Assembly (NCBI RefSeq): GCF_964204865.1
Contig: NC_135251.1
Coordinates: 26,722,001-26,786,000, forward strand
Source: Styela clava
Taxonomy: Eukaryota
Direction of reading: 5' to 3'
DNA length: 64,000 bases
Positions 1-13,633 of the stretch are shown in pieces. A model generated the notes under the pieces. That model saw nothing but the letters and a program-made list of their open reading frames with translations. It was not told the origin of the DNA and searched no databases. The position numbers and the translations under genes were made by a program. Numbering within the stretch: position 1 is the stretch's first letter; each line of letters opens with the position of its first letter.

Positions 1-2
1 AT

Positions 3-150
3 TTGGTTTCGTTGCGTGGTGTTACGGGACGGCCAGAACGTTAGCCCGACCTTTCATCTTGAGATTATTTTCTGTGGGGCCATCTTTAGGGTGAGGTGTA
101 CACGCACCGACCAACAACCATTGTTGAACTGAAAGCTGCCATTTTCAAAA
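3..150 (+). mobile_element. Tc1/mariner-superfamily transposase relic (C-terminal catalytic region), within an intron of the upstream peptidase gene
   Basis: Frame 3 reads LVSLRGVTGRPER*PDLSS*DYFLWGHL*GEVYTHRPTTIVELKAAI, matching the WPxRSPDLxPxDFFLWGxLKxxVY motif around the third catalytic Asp; three in-frame stops. Confidence 0.85.
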
Positions 151-271
151 ATGGGGAATAAAATTCCACGTGATGCAAAAAAAAATTGTGTTGATGATAT
201 TGGCCAATGAGTATTACAAATACTACGCAGAAAACCATACCTGAATGTTTAACTTATGCACATCTGTTCAG

Positions 272-689
272 TCACGTAATATACGCTCCGAGTCTCCACA
301 ATACGTATGGAGGAGCAGCATTTCCTGGACTTGTTGACTCGATGTTTGAAATCAATGCTGACCCAGATCCAGATGCGAGATGGGAAAAGGTAAATTTGCT
401 CGATTCATGAATATTAGAAATTACAATATAGAAGTTAGAAAAAAAAACAGATATATTTTAATTTACAATTCTTAAACAACAATATACTTGCGGTACAAGG
501 GAGTAATATATATACGTTTGAGACTTGAGGGGATCTTATTGGCAATTAAAAATTGAATTTTTGTTATTTATCTTTTATTATTTATTTATTCAGGTCCGTC
601 GACAATATTCCATTCTTCTGTACCACATCGGTTCTGCATCAACTACATTGAGAAATGTTGTACCAATCAAAGGATATTCAAACAAATAG
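272..689 (+). CDS. 3' end (last two coding exons, 272-389 and 594-689) of an upstream M28B glutamate carboxypeptidase II/NAALADase-like gene (copy 0); the rest lies before the window
   Basis: [39 protein letters not shown] | [31 protein letters not shown]; AG/GT splice sites; exon sizes 118 and 96 nt identical to copies A and B; AATAAA at 837-842. Confidence 0.9.
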
Positions 690-1772
690 AACCACCATTG
701 CACCATATTTTTAAATTAACCATTGAAATATTATTTATTTCTTTTTCTACAATCTTCATTATGTTTAATTTACAAAATCAATTGGAATTGATTTAACTAA
801 TAATATTAATTAATTAGCATACATATTACAAATGTCAATAAACAAGTTAAATTATGATTCAATAAGTTTAGCTTCCTCCGTGTACGATGGTCGATAAATT
901 CGATGGAACAATGTGGGGTCATTGCCTCAGCTTTCACATTCACAGCCGTTGTTTGTTTTTGTCGCCGACTATATAGCCTGATGTTTTTTGGTTTGGGAAC
1001 TTTAAAATTGTATTCGACAAGAATCAAGCAGAATTGACTTAATTCATCAACAATTTTTGTAGCCCATTTTAAAGACTCTGTTTAGTTTCTGTATAGACCC
1101 AGATTTTTAAGCAGCTACATAAGACGTTTATGACAATATAAAATACACCGATGACATGTCGAAATTATGAGATTAAAGCGAGTCAAAATATATGTGGCCT
1201 GTAATGATGGTATATATCAGGGTGGTCCAAGGTTGTCGCCTTCGCGGGCCATAAAATTATTTTTGTATTGTTCGCGGGCCACAATAGCGTCAGAAATATG
1301 TAAACAACAAACACTTTTATTGTACAAACGATTGATCATTGTTTGTCCTTTATCAAGCTAAATCATACATAATACGCCAGAAAAATCACTGAAACATGCA
1401 AAAGTTTTGCTATATCTACATTTAATGTAATATTTCATTAACTCTTCGTTACGGAGAAAGTGCTCCCGCAAATGTAAGTGCTCTCGAACATCGGTTCTCA
1501 AAGCAAAATCCCTCGAAATTTGGAAATGCTCATTGCTCACATGATAGCAAAATGCCGTTTTAGATTATATTTGCCATAACTGCTGAATGATTGATTATCA
1601 TATTTTACCAAATGTAAGGTACAGAAGAGTAATTACTATTTTTTCTGAAATATTAGAAGCATTTTTTGTAATACTGTTTAGGCTGGCTGCAAAACATCAC
1701 CGCAACGAATTATATTCTCAGATTATAGTATTAATATTTAGTCATCATATTTAGTTATTTATGGCTGTTGGG

Positions 1773-2520
1773 CAGTGGCGTAGCAAGACTCTCGTGCCCC
1801 CCGCAAAAGTATTTCGTTGAAATGACCCTGAAAACTCTCGGACATAAGCTTAAACAACGTTTTTTTATTTCGTCAAAAAGCATAACATGTCGCTATATAA
1901 AGGTTATGGTAACCTAAAATTTTTCTTCGTTTCTGTGCGCCACTGAGAGGTTTTTCTTTCGACATCATTCTGACAGCTTTCGTAATTGTGCCGGTACGAT
2001 CAAACTTCACGACGCCGAAAATCGACGACTCCGGCATTGTTACGTAACAATACGATTTGAGCAGAACTAAAATCAACATTATAATTAAATGTGCATTCCT
2101 GGTTTTGCTATGCAGCTATAGGGTTCTTGCTATTTCCCTAGACTCCGCGTGCCGAGACAAGGTTTCCTAATTCCTAAGTCTCTGATTAAAACGAGTAAGT
2201 TCGTGGTTGTATTTTGTATTATAAAAACGATGTTATAAAAGCATGAAATAGATATCAAACAGTAAAATAACTTAACTCAATAATGAGGCAGATGCTTGGA
2301 GTAGTAGTAGGTGCGTGTCGCGAGAGATCCCAGAGTTGAGTGTCAGAAGTCGACTGTCAAATTTGGTATTCCAAAAAGCCAAAACGTGGCCGCGCGTCAC
2401 AGGTCATGTGACCTGAGCCTAGATGTCGCTATATGAGGTCCCAAAACGCATATGAGGCCCCTTTGCGCTGTGGGCCCCCCCGCGACCGCGGGGGTTGCGG
2501 GGGTGGATGCTACACCACTG
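1773..2520 (-). mobile_element. Nested hAT (Tip100-like) internal-deletion derivative retaining a transposase N-terminus
   Basis: TIRs CAGTGGCGTAGCA ... TGCTACACCACTG; TSD CTGTTGGG/CTGTGGGG; minus strand MSKEKPLSGAQKRRK resembles the SGAQKRK start of Tip100/ZMYM1-like transposases. Confidence 0.8.
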
Positions 2521-2649
2521 CTGTGGGGATATATTCGCAACCAAATAGATAGAAAGAGAGTGAACAATTTGGACTACCCAATCACACTCGATTCAACTTC
2601 GCTAGTCGATTCAGCTAGCCGTAGTCAATTCAGTGACATTAGTGATGTC

Positions 2650-3335
2650 TAGGGCTGGGAATTTCAGGGAAAACACTTTAACCGTTAACCGGGTAAAATT
2701 AACCGGTTAACCGCCGCGTGACGTTTGACGTAATAATTTATAATTTCAGCTTGTTACGTCACAATGCTTAAAGCAATTTTGCGTGTTCTTATCCCGGTAT
2801 CGCTCAACAAAATTATTCACGAATCGAGATAGTTTCATGATTGCTTTGCTGCAAGAGATAGGCAGCGTGGTTCGGGCATGTGGAAGTATTTTGGAAAACC
2901 TGATTCCGTCGTTAAACGTCATTTATGTGACAAAATATCAGTGTTCGATGTGCAAATTTTACTTCGAGATATATATCATATAAAAAAAAAATGGCATCAA
3001 CTGCGCACTTGTTGTATGACATTGAATATCCGATTTTGCAATGAAATCGTAAATCGACCGAAAACTGATTCTGAATTCATCATTGTCAAATTTCCATAAT
3101 CAGCAATCTTGGTACTTTCCCTATTTTTCACATTTATTGAGTCCTTACCCACACTGTTAGTAATATTATTTTGAATTAAACGCCACAAGAGATAATTTTG
3201 CGACGACGTAATCATATTTGAAGAAATTGTACGGTATGAAGATGATTTGTAACTGAGATGTCAGTTAACGGTTAGGATAAATCGTAACCGTTAACCATCT
3301 GAAATCGGTTAACCGGTTAACCATTCCCAGCCCTA
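2650..3335 (+). mobile_element. Nested hAT (Ac-like, TAGGG-ended) element with a degenerate BED-finger remnant
   Basis: TIRs TAGGGCTGGGAAT ... ATTCCCAGCCCTA; perfect TSD GTGATGTC; subterminal TTAACCG(G)TTAA repeats at both ends; SGMWKYF...HLCDK...HIKKKWH resembles a BED zinc finger. Confidence 0.88.
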
Positions 3336-5492
3336 GTGATGTCGAAAATATTTTCTGTTATTTTCACGACGAAACAACACCATATGTTATTTTTTTATTA
3401 CCTTTCAGCTAAGGCGACGCGGGCCACAGATAATGACGCTACGGGCCACATGTGGCCCGCGGGCATGGGTTTGGACCACCCTGTTATATATCATAAGTAA
3501 GTACATACGGTAATAATACGGGAATTACAAACTATTAGCACGCCCAAACATCTTTTTGGTCACTCACCGACGGTTATCACACTATGTGGAATTGACATAT
3601 CACCCACTCGCTAATACTCACTTTTTTACCGTTTTCATTTTTCAAGTTTATGAGTCCATAATGAAAGAGATGTAAGCAAACAAAATTCTCTATAATAGTA
3701 TAAATTCCCCCTAATTTTCTCGATGACAACGATTTTGCAAAAGTGATGTTTGTTGTAGATCAACTAACCATCGAAAATTCTTCGAATCTTGATCGGGCTC
3801 GCTAATATTTGTCATGTAAGCAGCAGCCTGAGCTTTTGCATTTCCAAAATTTTTTTGGCATTCCTTATAATAAAAGTTGCCACAGTTTTAACTCAACGAT
3901 TTATAAATAAATTAGTTTTTGATCGGTTGAGGTTTGAAATAAGATGATAAAAGAAGTAGATAATAGATAGTAGATAATAGTTTTACACACTTTAACTCAG
4001 CTACAGTATTTTTACTGATCCTGAGAATTGGTGGCGTTTTGAAAATAAAAGTCGTTTCCGTATTGCTCTCAAAACAATTATTTTCAATAACGTTTTGAAA
4101 AACAAGCTTGTAGCTTGACTGAGTTCATTTATAACTAACGTTTTTGTTTGAATTAACTAAGGGAACATTAGTTCAACAGTTGACATATTCCCATTGACAA
4201 AAGAATTTTTCTTTTAAAAGTTTTAGAGCAAATAACAAATAAATTTGTTCAATAGAGGAGCCCAAACTGCTGAAGAATAAAGCAAACAATATTATTTGCC
4301 GACGATCGACGGATCTTTATTAAAAATATTCCATTTGATGTGCGCATTATGATATATTTTATTTTAGGCACTGGTTTTAATACAGTTCTGAATAGTCTTC
4401 TCTGAGTAAAAGCAATTATCACCATGATCAAATGCTTCATCAGTATGCAGCCTACCGGAAACTTTTAATGTGTTATTCATCTGAATTTACTATTCAATGG
4501 CATTTTTGAAGAATTAAAGCAAAAGACTAGAAAAAGAGTCGTATGTAAAAATATATCACAGTCGCACAAAATTTTTGCGAAACTCAGTAGCCCTATTCAG
4601 TAATATTTAATTCGAGTGCCAATAACACTTCAACAAAACTTTAAGACTAGAAGTTCACTTCTTCTTCAAATTATAGTGAACTGTAAACAAACAAATTGTC
4701 TGACACTAAAAGTTGCCTTGTTAAACATTTGAGAACGACTATTATTCGGGTAGTATAGTCGTTCTCTTATCACTTCATGTCAGGGAATAATTAATAGATT
4801 ATAATTTATCTAGTTTTAGATGATGGATGAAACAACAAGCGAGCGCAAATAGTTCACTGATTTTCTATTAAAACAATCAATAAATTTTTGCCGATTTAAA
4901 AGATATTGGTTGGCTTGTTTTGAAAAATATGTTTTTGTTGTCAACTTGCCTCGATTCTAGAATGGTTTTAGCAATGACGTAAGTGAAAATCAAATCAAAT
5001 CGTCATCTTAAACTCGAGTACCCCAATTGTAAATCTTGAAGATTTCGTAATATGACATATAGAGCTCATGTTGTTATTTATACTCAAACGTAACGTGAAT
5101 TGAATCACGAATTTGGCTTGTCTAAATTGTCGAGTGTTTGTCGTTTTGTACCTCGTCTTAGAGGCATTTAACAAGTTTTGTGTGGATGGTCAGACAATTA
5201 GATTGTGTGAACGGGGTCAGCTTTGAGTGTTTGATTGACAGAATTCATGTATTATACTGTAATTTGCTTACTGGTATAGAGTCGTGCGTGAAAGAAAATA
5301 TATTTGTCCGCCCTAAAAACTCATACGTGTATAGTTCAACCATTCGGTCAAGTGTAGTCACAGTTGTAGGAAGTTTATCAGTAATGGCGATCGTATTGAG
5401 CAAATTGAGGAATTATCGCAATTTTTATTAATAACATTAAAAATTCTTTTTTGGGGGGCATTGCAGACTTAGTTTTTAATAGGCCTAAAACT

Positions 5493-8400
5493 ATGGCGAC
5501 TCAACGTAGCCAAAGAATTATAATTCTTTCTGTGGTCGCAGTTGCAATTAGTCTGGGCATCGGAGTGATCATCGGGTATTTTGGTAGGGGTGGTGGTTCG
5601 AGTCCACAAACACCGGAAGCTGATACAAGGGCGAGTAAAATGATAATGGATGAAATAAAGGCGGAGAATATTGAGCAAAATTTAATGTCAGTAACTTCTT
5701 GTAATTAATATATGAACTTTTATCGTTCTAAAACTAATTTCTATCAATTTCTGGCAATGCTGTGGTAACAATGGATGTAAGATACATGGCATTATCTCAT
5801 GGACACATTCGATAAAGAGATATCCATTTTGCATATTTGAAATTGAAAGATACAAATATTTTTTCTCAAGTTAATTAAAGACAACTCCTACTCTGACGGC
5901 GTTTATCACATTATTTTAAATTTTCGTTCCGAGAATATGCAAAGATGTTTTAATTTGTGTTTTTATTGCAGGAAATTGACTGCAAAACCACATATAGCGG
6001 GAAGAGATGTCGATGAGGTCGAGCTCGTAGATTTTGTAGCAAACAGTTGGCGAGATTCTGGCCTAACTGTTGAAATCCATCCATATAACGTATTGCTGTC
6101 TTATCCAAATCAAGAAGATTCAAATTCCCTTGCAATAAGATTAAATAATGGTGAGTAATTCAAGTGGGGGAATGCAATTCTGAACATGTCTAGTAATTTA
6201 TTGTACTTTGGTACATTCCCGTATCAAATTTTGTTTACCAGATGATCTAAAACGCACAGAATACCGGTCAATTTTTTTGTGCACTTAGGCATGTGAGGTA
6301 ACACAAATAATTGAATCAAGTCATATAAAACTGAATTCCATTTCTAATTAATAAATAATGGTTCGGGGAAAATCTTTCTTTTCAGGAACTCTTGTTAGTA
6401 AAAGTCACCCAACCGAAGCTATTTTGGATCCCTCACAAAATAAACCAGGTGTGGTCAATCCGTTTAATGCTTATGCCGCAAAAGGTGATCCAGAGGTATT
6501 AAATTCTTAATTTTCTTTAGCCGTAATTATCTGACAGGTAATCTTATATATCAAATATACTACCATAAAATATACATACAAAGGTAAAGTTACATCTGTG
6601 AAATAGCCCAAAGTGTGCATTTTAGTCTAGCTGACTATTTTAAATATTTGACAGTAGATAGTTGCATCAGAACAAAGATTTTAATGATATTTGAAATTAA
6701 TTATCTGTTGAAAAACATTTTTTTCTGATTCAACAGTAATTTCTCGATCTGATTTTAATTTTATCACCATTCAAATAATTGACAGTAATTAGAAATGAGA
6801 ACAAAAATCCACAAATCCTTCAATTTGTATATTACCATATTTTAATTGCCACATTTCTGCATTATTGCAGGGGGACATTGTGTACGTAAATTATGGTACA
6901 ATCCAGGACTTCATCTTTATCAATAGAACTAAGTCTATCGACCTTACTGGAAAAATCTGCATAGCTCGTTATGGAAAAATATTCAGAGGAGATAAAGGTA
7001 ATTTAAAAGTCACATTTAAAATTTTTTCGATTTTTTTTTAAAGTTATTTATCTAGGAATGTTGTTTCTACGATGTTCAAACAATTCCCTACTCGAAACAT
7101 TGCAAATTTTCATAACGTCATACTCTGACTTTATATCTAAATAAATGATGAAGTTATCATAAACAATACAATAAACAATCTCTAATAAATTCTAATATCA
7201 TGATGCACCCAAATTTCATTACAAATATACGATTGAATGCATTTATTTAATTGCCAGCATTACACGCCGGACAATACAATTGTGCAGGATTAATATTATA
7301 TTCCGATCCGGCGGATTATGCAGTGGCGGGACAAGGAGTCTATCCGGATACTTGGTTTTTGCCAGGAACTGGGGCACAACGTGGGACATTATTCAAAGAT
7401 GAAGGAGATCCTCTCACTATGCATTATCCATCTATAGGTAAAATTAACTCGATTCATAAATTCTTTTTACTACTGGCAAGATATAGGCGTCAGAATCTGG
7501 TTGTAAATCGGAGAATTTTTTTTATTATCACTGTATGCTAGGATTGTACACGAATGGCAAATGCGTTTCTATTCATTCATATTTACTCTAGGCAGATCTG
7601 TCAAACTCACACAATAGAAATAGAATAATCAGGTTTTCAATATCTCCCACTTCGACGTTGCGCAACTCTTTTGTTTGCATATTGCAACGGGCGTTGTTAG
7701 TCTGGACTTATATCGACCCTTTTTACATAAAAACTTGGTATTTGATTTCATGTAAATAGTATAAAGTTGTCAATTATTTAACCAGTACTATGATATAATT
7801 TGGACATATGCTTCTCCAAATAATAATAATGACACAATATATATCGATTTTTTGCAGAGACTGCGTGGAGAATAAACGAAAGAGATGCGAATCTTCCAAA
7901 AATCCCCGTGACACCTGTTGGATATGATGACGCAATAATGTACCTGATGCATATGGGAGGCGAAGAAGTGGAAGAAAGTTGGAGAGGAGGTTTGAATATA
8001 ACATATAGATACGGACCCGGGTTCCAGGGAAAGCATACCACAAGGTACGTTTATGATTGAATAATCAATGACAGTAGACTAACATTTTGATGAAATTGCA
8101 CTCAAATAGTTTTTTTCAACGAGCATGCTATTCATTATATAGACTGGTATTTGTAGGCAGGAACTGAATAACTAACAATACAATATGAAGGGTAAAAAAA
8201 ATAATACTTTATCGTAAATACCGATTATCGGCAAACTGAATTATTCCTTTTCATTGTTTATTTATGATTTTTAATATTTCCGCAACCAATTTTATTTTGA
8301 ATGGAAAACTTTCCATATAATTTTGTTTTTAAAAATTTTAAATTTACGTTATTTTCTAGTAAGATGTCAATGCATGTCACAACCACAAATGAAAGAAAAA

Positions 8401-11400
8401 CAGCTCATAATGTTATCGGTTATATTCGAGGAACTATTGAACCTGGTATGTGTAATGGATTTGCTGAACAGAGAGGATGAATTGTTCTATTATACATATA
8501 AATTTTTCACGTGACAAATCCAAAACATTCAATTCAGTTTTTTCATTTCATAATGTTTGAAAAGTTGAAGATATGTCAGAGAGACTCATTGCTCTAATAT
8601 TAATTGAAAAGGGTGCCACAGTACTATACCTCTGTCATACGACATAGTGTTGATTCGTTGGAATTAGATATGAAAATTACAAAATGAGATTTCAATTTTT
8701 TTGTGCAGTGTAGACTGTAGAGCACCAAACTAATTTGTGTTACCTTTGTAATTCTGGATGTCTATCCAATCCTAATGCTTGCAAAATAAACACTACCCGG
8801 GGCTGCCCTTGATATTCTCGAAGGCTCCTAACTTAAATATATATACCAATTTTAAGTTCGATGAACAGAAAAACTTTTGTGGGTTAGTACTTTTTAAACA
8901 CCACATTTCACGGTTTCAAGTCGGGAAATCAGTTAATGTGTCAATTAAAATGTATACTTAATTTTTGATTTGAAAATATTTGGACCTTCATTTGTAACAG
9001 ATCGATACCTACTCTTCGGAAACCATCGAGATGCATGGGTGTTTGGTGCCATGGATCCATCGTCAGGAACTGCGGCTATGCTGGAAGTTTCCAGGGCAAT
9101 TGGTGCGGCCGCAAAGAATGGATGGAAACCGCGTCGAACAATTGTATTCTGCAGCTGGGGAGCTGAGGAATATGGATTGATTGGATCTTCTGAATGGGTT
9201 GAAGTATGTTCAATTAGAATATACTATTGAGACATCTCATCAATTAATCGCATCCATGAGATACCTCATGTTTCTCCCGCATTACATTTGAATCGGTAAT
9301 ATTTCACGGCACGCGTTGATCCAAAATACCGCGAAAGCATTTTTTTGAATGAAACCTATTTTTTGTTTCATAACATATAGTTATTATATTTTGATTTGAA
9401 ACAAGAGCCAATTCGTCAGTATAGAACTGTGAGTATATGCATGTTCGGTGTTCTAATATCAAGCAACAAACTCCCATTTTATGATTATTTGACTAATGTT
9501 AGTGTTCAAAAGTAGTTATACAGCATTGAAATATGTTTGACTAAAAATAATTTAAAAAAATACATGGTGTTGAAAAATGAAAACATCAGAATTTTTTTTT
9601 CAATTTTTATTTTCACAGGAATTTCAGAAAGTTTTGGGTTCACGATCAATTGCATACATTAATGCTGATACGCTTGTTCGTGGAGGGTATAGCTTTAATG
9701 CTGGCGGTTCTCCAAGTATTAAGAATGCAGTTTTTGAAGCAGCAAAACTCGTGACTAATCCTAACCCAAATGAAATATCCATGGGAAGAAAAACTGTATA
9801 CGATACATGGGCTCATACAAATGGAGGGAACGAACCTGGGTAAGCATCCCAGTTTACTCATTTGTCTCCAAGACTTATTCATTCCACTTGGTTTTTGTTA
9901 TATTTATACTTATTCATCGCGACTCCATTTTGTAAATTTGCAGATTTTCAACTCTTGGATCAGGTAGTGACTACACGATGTTCTTGCAGCTCACTGGCAC
10001 CACAGTAATGAATGCAAATTACATATTTGATCCGGTGAGTAAATCTTCAAATAACAATTTTATTTTAGATTATTTTTAAAAACGTAAGAAAAACTTATAA
10101 TGAATTGATTTTCTCAGAGAATTGGTATCTCCGGCTATCCAGTGTACCATTCCGTGTATGAAACATTCGATTTTGTTAAAAAGTTTGTGGATCCAAATTT
10201 CCTCAATCATCAAGCAGCGGCAAGAGTTCTAGCGGAATTGACACGAAATTTAGCGGATTCGCCAGTTTTACCTCTAAGCGCTGTAGATTATGCAACAAAA
10301 ATGAATGCCGATAAAAACGCAATGTTGAATATTTTTAAACAAAATCTGACTGATCATCGCATGGATCCAAGTAAATACATTTACCAGTTTTATGATAACG
10401 ATAAATTTTGAGATTTTTGCTTTTCAGTTGTATGTTAGAAATTCTGCTAATCGCCATAATGTTTTGTGTGTCCAAACAACTCGAACGTGCTCATAAATTA
10501 TATATGTCTTCTCCACTTTGGTCATTTCAGCATTACTCGACGACGCCGTCACAAACTTTGCAACAGCAGCAACGAATCTCCATAAAAGAATTCTCGATCT
10601 CGATCAGACAGAGTAAGATAAATGTATATATATTTATTTAGTATATTTAGTGAGCGATTCACTGATAACCCGACATCCTCCTTCAAACGAACCAACAGTG
10701 AAACAGAATAAATTGCGCCTTTTTGTTAATCTCGGATAACTTCAGCAACGAAGTAAGTCTGTGTGCGCTGCGCTCTTGTAAGCATAGTGCACTAATTTTC
10801 CATACTTGTGAGCTGGCATAATGTAACACGTAGATGTTGGGTCAAATCTACTATCGCAGTGTATACACACTTTTTATAAACAAAAAACAATACCTCAATT
10901 AATACATGCCGTGCTTCCTTTCAAATGGGATCTTTCAGATTGTGGTGCTTTCAATAAAATTAATGTCGTTGTTATAAATGGAAATTTATGGAAGAAATTT
11001 GTTTTGAAATTTAAAATTTACGCATTGTAGCAACTTTATTGCAGAAAATGAACCCTACTCAAACCATTCTTGAGACTTGTAATGAATACTTGATGAATTG
11101 ACAGATCTGATGTTGATATCATATGTACATACGTATTTTCAGTGCACTAGCCGTGAGAGCAATCAATGATCAACTTATGCAACTTGAACAGGCATTCATC
11201 GATAAACAAGGAATAGAAGGAAGAAATCAGTTTAGGTAGTAACAATTCCTCTTTTATTTCGAAAAGATATATTCAAGAATGTTAGTTCATATTGCTTTGA
11301 TTCGTGTTGTTTTAGAAATTCCATGCACAACGTCGTTTCAAAAGTATTTGATACATTATTGTAAAAGTAATTTTTCATTGGAACTTTTTTTATGTCAAAT

Positions 11401-11807
11401 TTTCATTCACCAAACCCAACGTTTATTATATATGAAAACCAATGACTTTGTTTTTATTTGTGTGATTGTATATTATTTAGTCACGTTATATACGCTCCAA
11501 GTCTCCACAATACGTATGGCGAAGCAGCATTCCCTGGACTTGTTGACTCGATGTTTGAAATCAACGCTGACCCAGATCCAGATGCAAGATGGGAAAGGGT
11601 AACTCACCTGAATTTTTATATACATGGTGTTTAATTCTGCAATTTTAATAAATTTTGAAAAATAGAATTACACTATAATATTATGAAAGCTCAGAATCCG
11701 TCGTTTTTCAGGTCCGTCGGCAATATGCTATCCTCCTGTACCATATCGGTTCTGCAGCATCGACACTGAGAGATGTTGTACCAATCAAGGGATATTCAAA
11801 CGTTTAG
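5493..11807 (+). CDS. M28B metallopeptidase, glutamate carboxypeptidase II / N-acetylated-alpha-linked acidic dipeptidase-like (copy A), 15 exons, 739 aa. Exons: 5493-5686, 5972-6150, 6386-6495, 6871-6997, 7258-7437, 7858-8044, 8360-8445, 9001-9203, 9619-9839, 9944-10034, 10118-10370, 10531-10612, 11143-11235, 11481-11598, 11712-11807
   Basis: N-terminal TM anchor ([22 protein letters not shown]); PA domain (YVNYG...[11 protein letters not shown]); zinc/catalytic motifs [36 protein letters not shown]; TfR-like dimerisation domain. All introns GT-AG; exons sum to 2220 nt in frame. Confidence 0.93.
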
Positions 11808-11892
11808 TGTAACTAAAACGAGTTGACTCAATGTCATTTTGTGATTTAAATTTGTAAAATGATTCCAAAATAAATCCACATAATATTCAGAA

Positions 11893-12116
11893 GGTACTCC
11901 CGTAGTATGTGAACCAAGATGGCGGACACTGGAACGTAGAATGTCTACCAGGTTAGGGTTAAGCCATCATTTAGGTACAAATACTACGGGAGTCACTTGA
12001 ACTCGTAATATAATTAAAATGAGGAAAATTGGAATAAAATTATGGCCTAACCCTAAGCTGGTACACATACTACGTCCCGGTGTCCGCCATCTTGGTTCAC
12101 ATACTACGGGAGTACC
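11893..12116. mobile_element. Foldback/MITE-like element with long terminal inverted repeats just 3' of gene A
   Basis: GGTACTCCCGTAGTATGTGAACCAAGATGGCGGACAC...GGTTAGGGTTAAGCCAT is mirrored by ATGGCCTAACCCTAA...GTGTCCGCCATCTTGGTTCACATACTACGGGAGTACC; left-arm-only copies at ~22303-22374 and ~32543-32615. Confidence 0.85.
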
Positions 12117-13633
12117 ATTTAAAATGCAGTAAGTAAACGCTCAATTGATCGTCGAATTCATTTGCTATAAATTGTATTCCATCATTCCACCATGATTTCC
12201 AATATGCATGACATTTCTATTGAAACCTCAAAAATTAGTTGATGGCGTATATTCGTTAAATATAGGGAACCTGCAGAACTCGCATCCCGACCCAATATGT
12301 TAAATAGTATACCGTTGTTGTTGGTATTCTTTTTCTTCTTGTTTCCTTCTCAACTACTGGACCAATTTCCTTGATTAAATTTGTTTTTGTGGCTAGAATG
12401 CTATTCCTTTCTATGAGTGTTGAATTTGACTTGACAATCAATAATATATGCCAGAGTCAGATATAATGGTGATGGATCCGAGAGCTAATATCAATACTAT
12501 ATTCAATACTCTATCGCGATTTTGCAACATCGTCAAGACCAAAAATGCGAAAAGTTTGCTCATTGTGTTCGTAGATAGAATTTAGAATTGCATGGTATTC
12601 CACATACTGAAAGTGAGCGCCTTGACATAGTCTGAATAGATTTCTCAGAAAAATCAAATCAAAGAGCGGGATGACATATTATAATGAGACTTATTTATTA
12701 GCAAAAATAGCAACATTTCTACAATTAGGTAAAATTTGCCTAAATAGTATATCTTCACTTTGTATTAACCATAATGTGATAAATTTCGACAGAATTTCTT
12801 ATTTAATTCAATAAGGACGAATACTTGCGGACCCTTATTCGATTCGTAGGCTAGTTAAAAAGTAAAAATGTTTATTATAGTAACTTGACTTGATAAATAA
12901 TATTTAATCTTTCACCTTTGCAGGTATTATTGTTTTGTCTGAAGAAATTAGACTATGATCTAACGAAAGCGCTCTAACATAACTGATATTTCGTCAAAAT
13001 GGGTTATGGTATTCTTGTTTAAAATAATAAACTGTCGATAACCTTTAGCACCGAAGCCCTACAACAGGCACAAGTATACGCAGTGAAGTGTAAACTCAGA
13101 GAGTGTGATATTTGCTGTATCCACATTAATAATATGAATTTCAATCAAAAAATGGCATGAATAAGTGGAGATTCAGCTTACCCGCTTCGTAGATTTATAG
13201 TCATTAGTATCTCTGTGAACTACATATTCTAATGCTATTATTGTTCATTGTAACAAAAACAAGCGCATTCGAAATTATAAGCTTCTCGTTTTTACTTCTT
13301 TGAAAAAAAAATGTAGACGTCAGGTTGTTTGATATAAGATAGGTTGAAACCTAATAGCATTTCAAAAGCAGAAACGAATATTAAAACCTGATAAACGAAG
13401 TTTAAACCTGATCGGAAGCTCTTGAAGTTTTATATATATATTCTTTCAATATAAGTGATGTGCGACGTTTCACTAAAAATATAAAATTAGATCTAACAAC
13501 CACCAAGCACGGATGGATATACGACACTATTTCAATATTTTGTGTGACCTATTCAGAAGTCTCTATTGAGTTGCTATGCAGACATGATAGATAGATTGAT
13601 TCTAATGAGCTACGTTAGACGTTTAGCCTATAA

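Larger units (their letters stand above)
1218..3483. mobile_element. Non-autonomous hAT (Charlie/Buster-like) element hosting two nested hAT insertions
   Basis: TIRs CAGGGTGGTCCAA ... TTGGACCACCCTG; subterminal GCGGGCC motifs; 8-bp TSD GTATATAT/TTATATAT. Confidence 0.85.

Noticed and set aside
11950-12060. TTAGGG/CCCTAA as interstitial telomere
   Set aside because: Only one or two units, embedded in the arms of a foldback element
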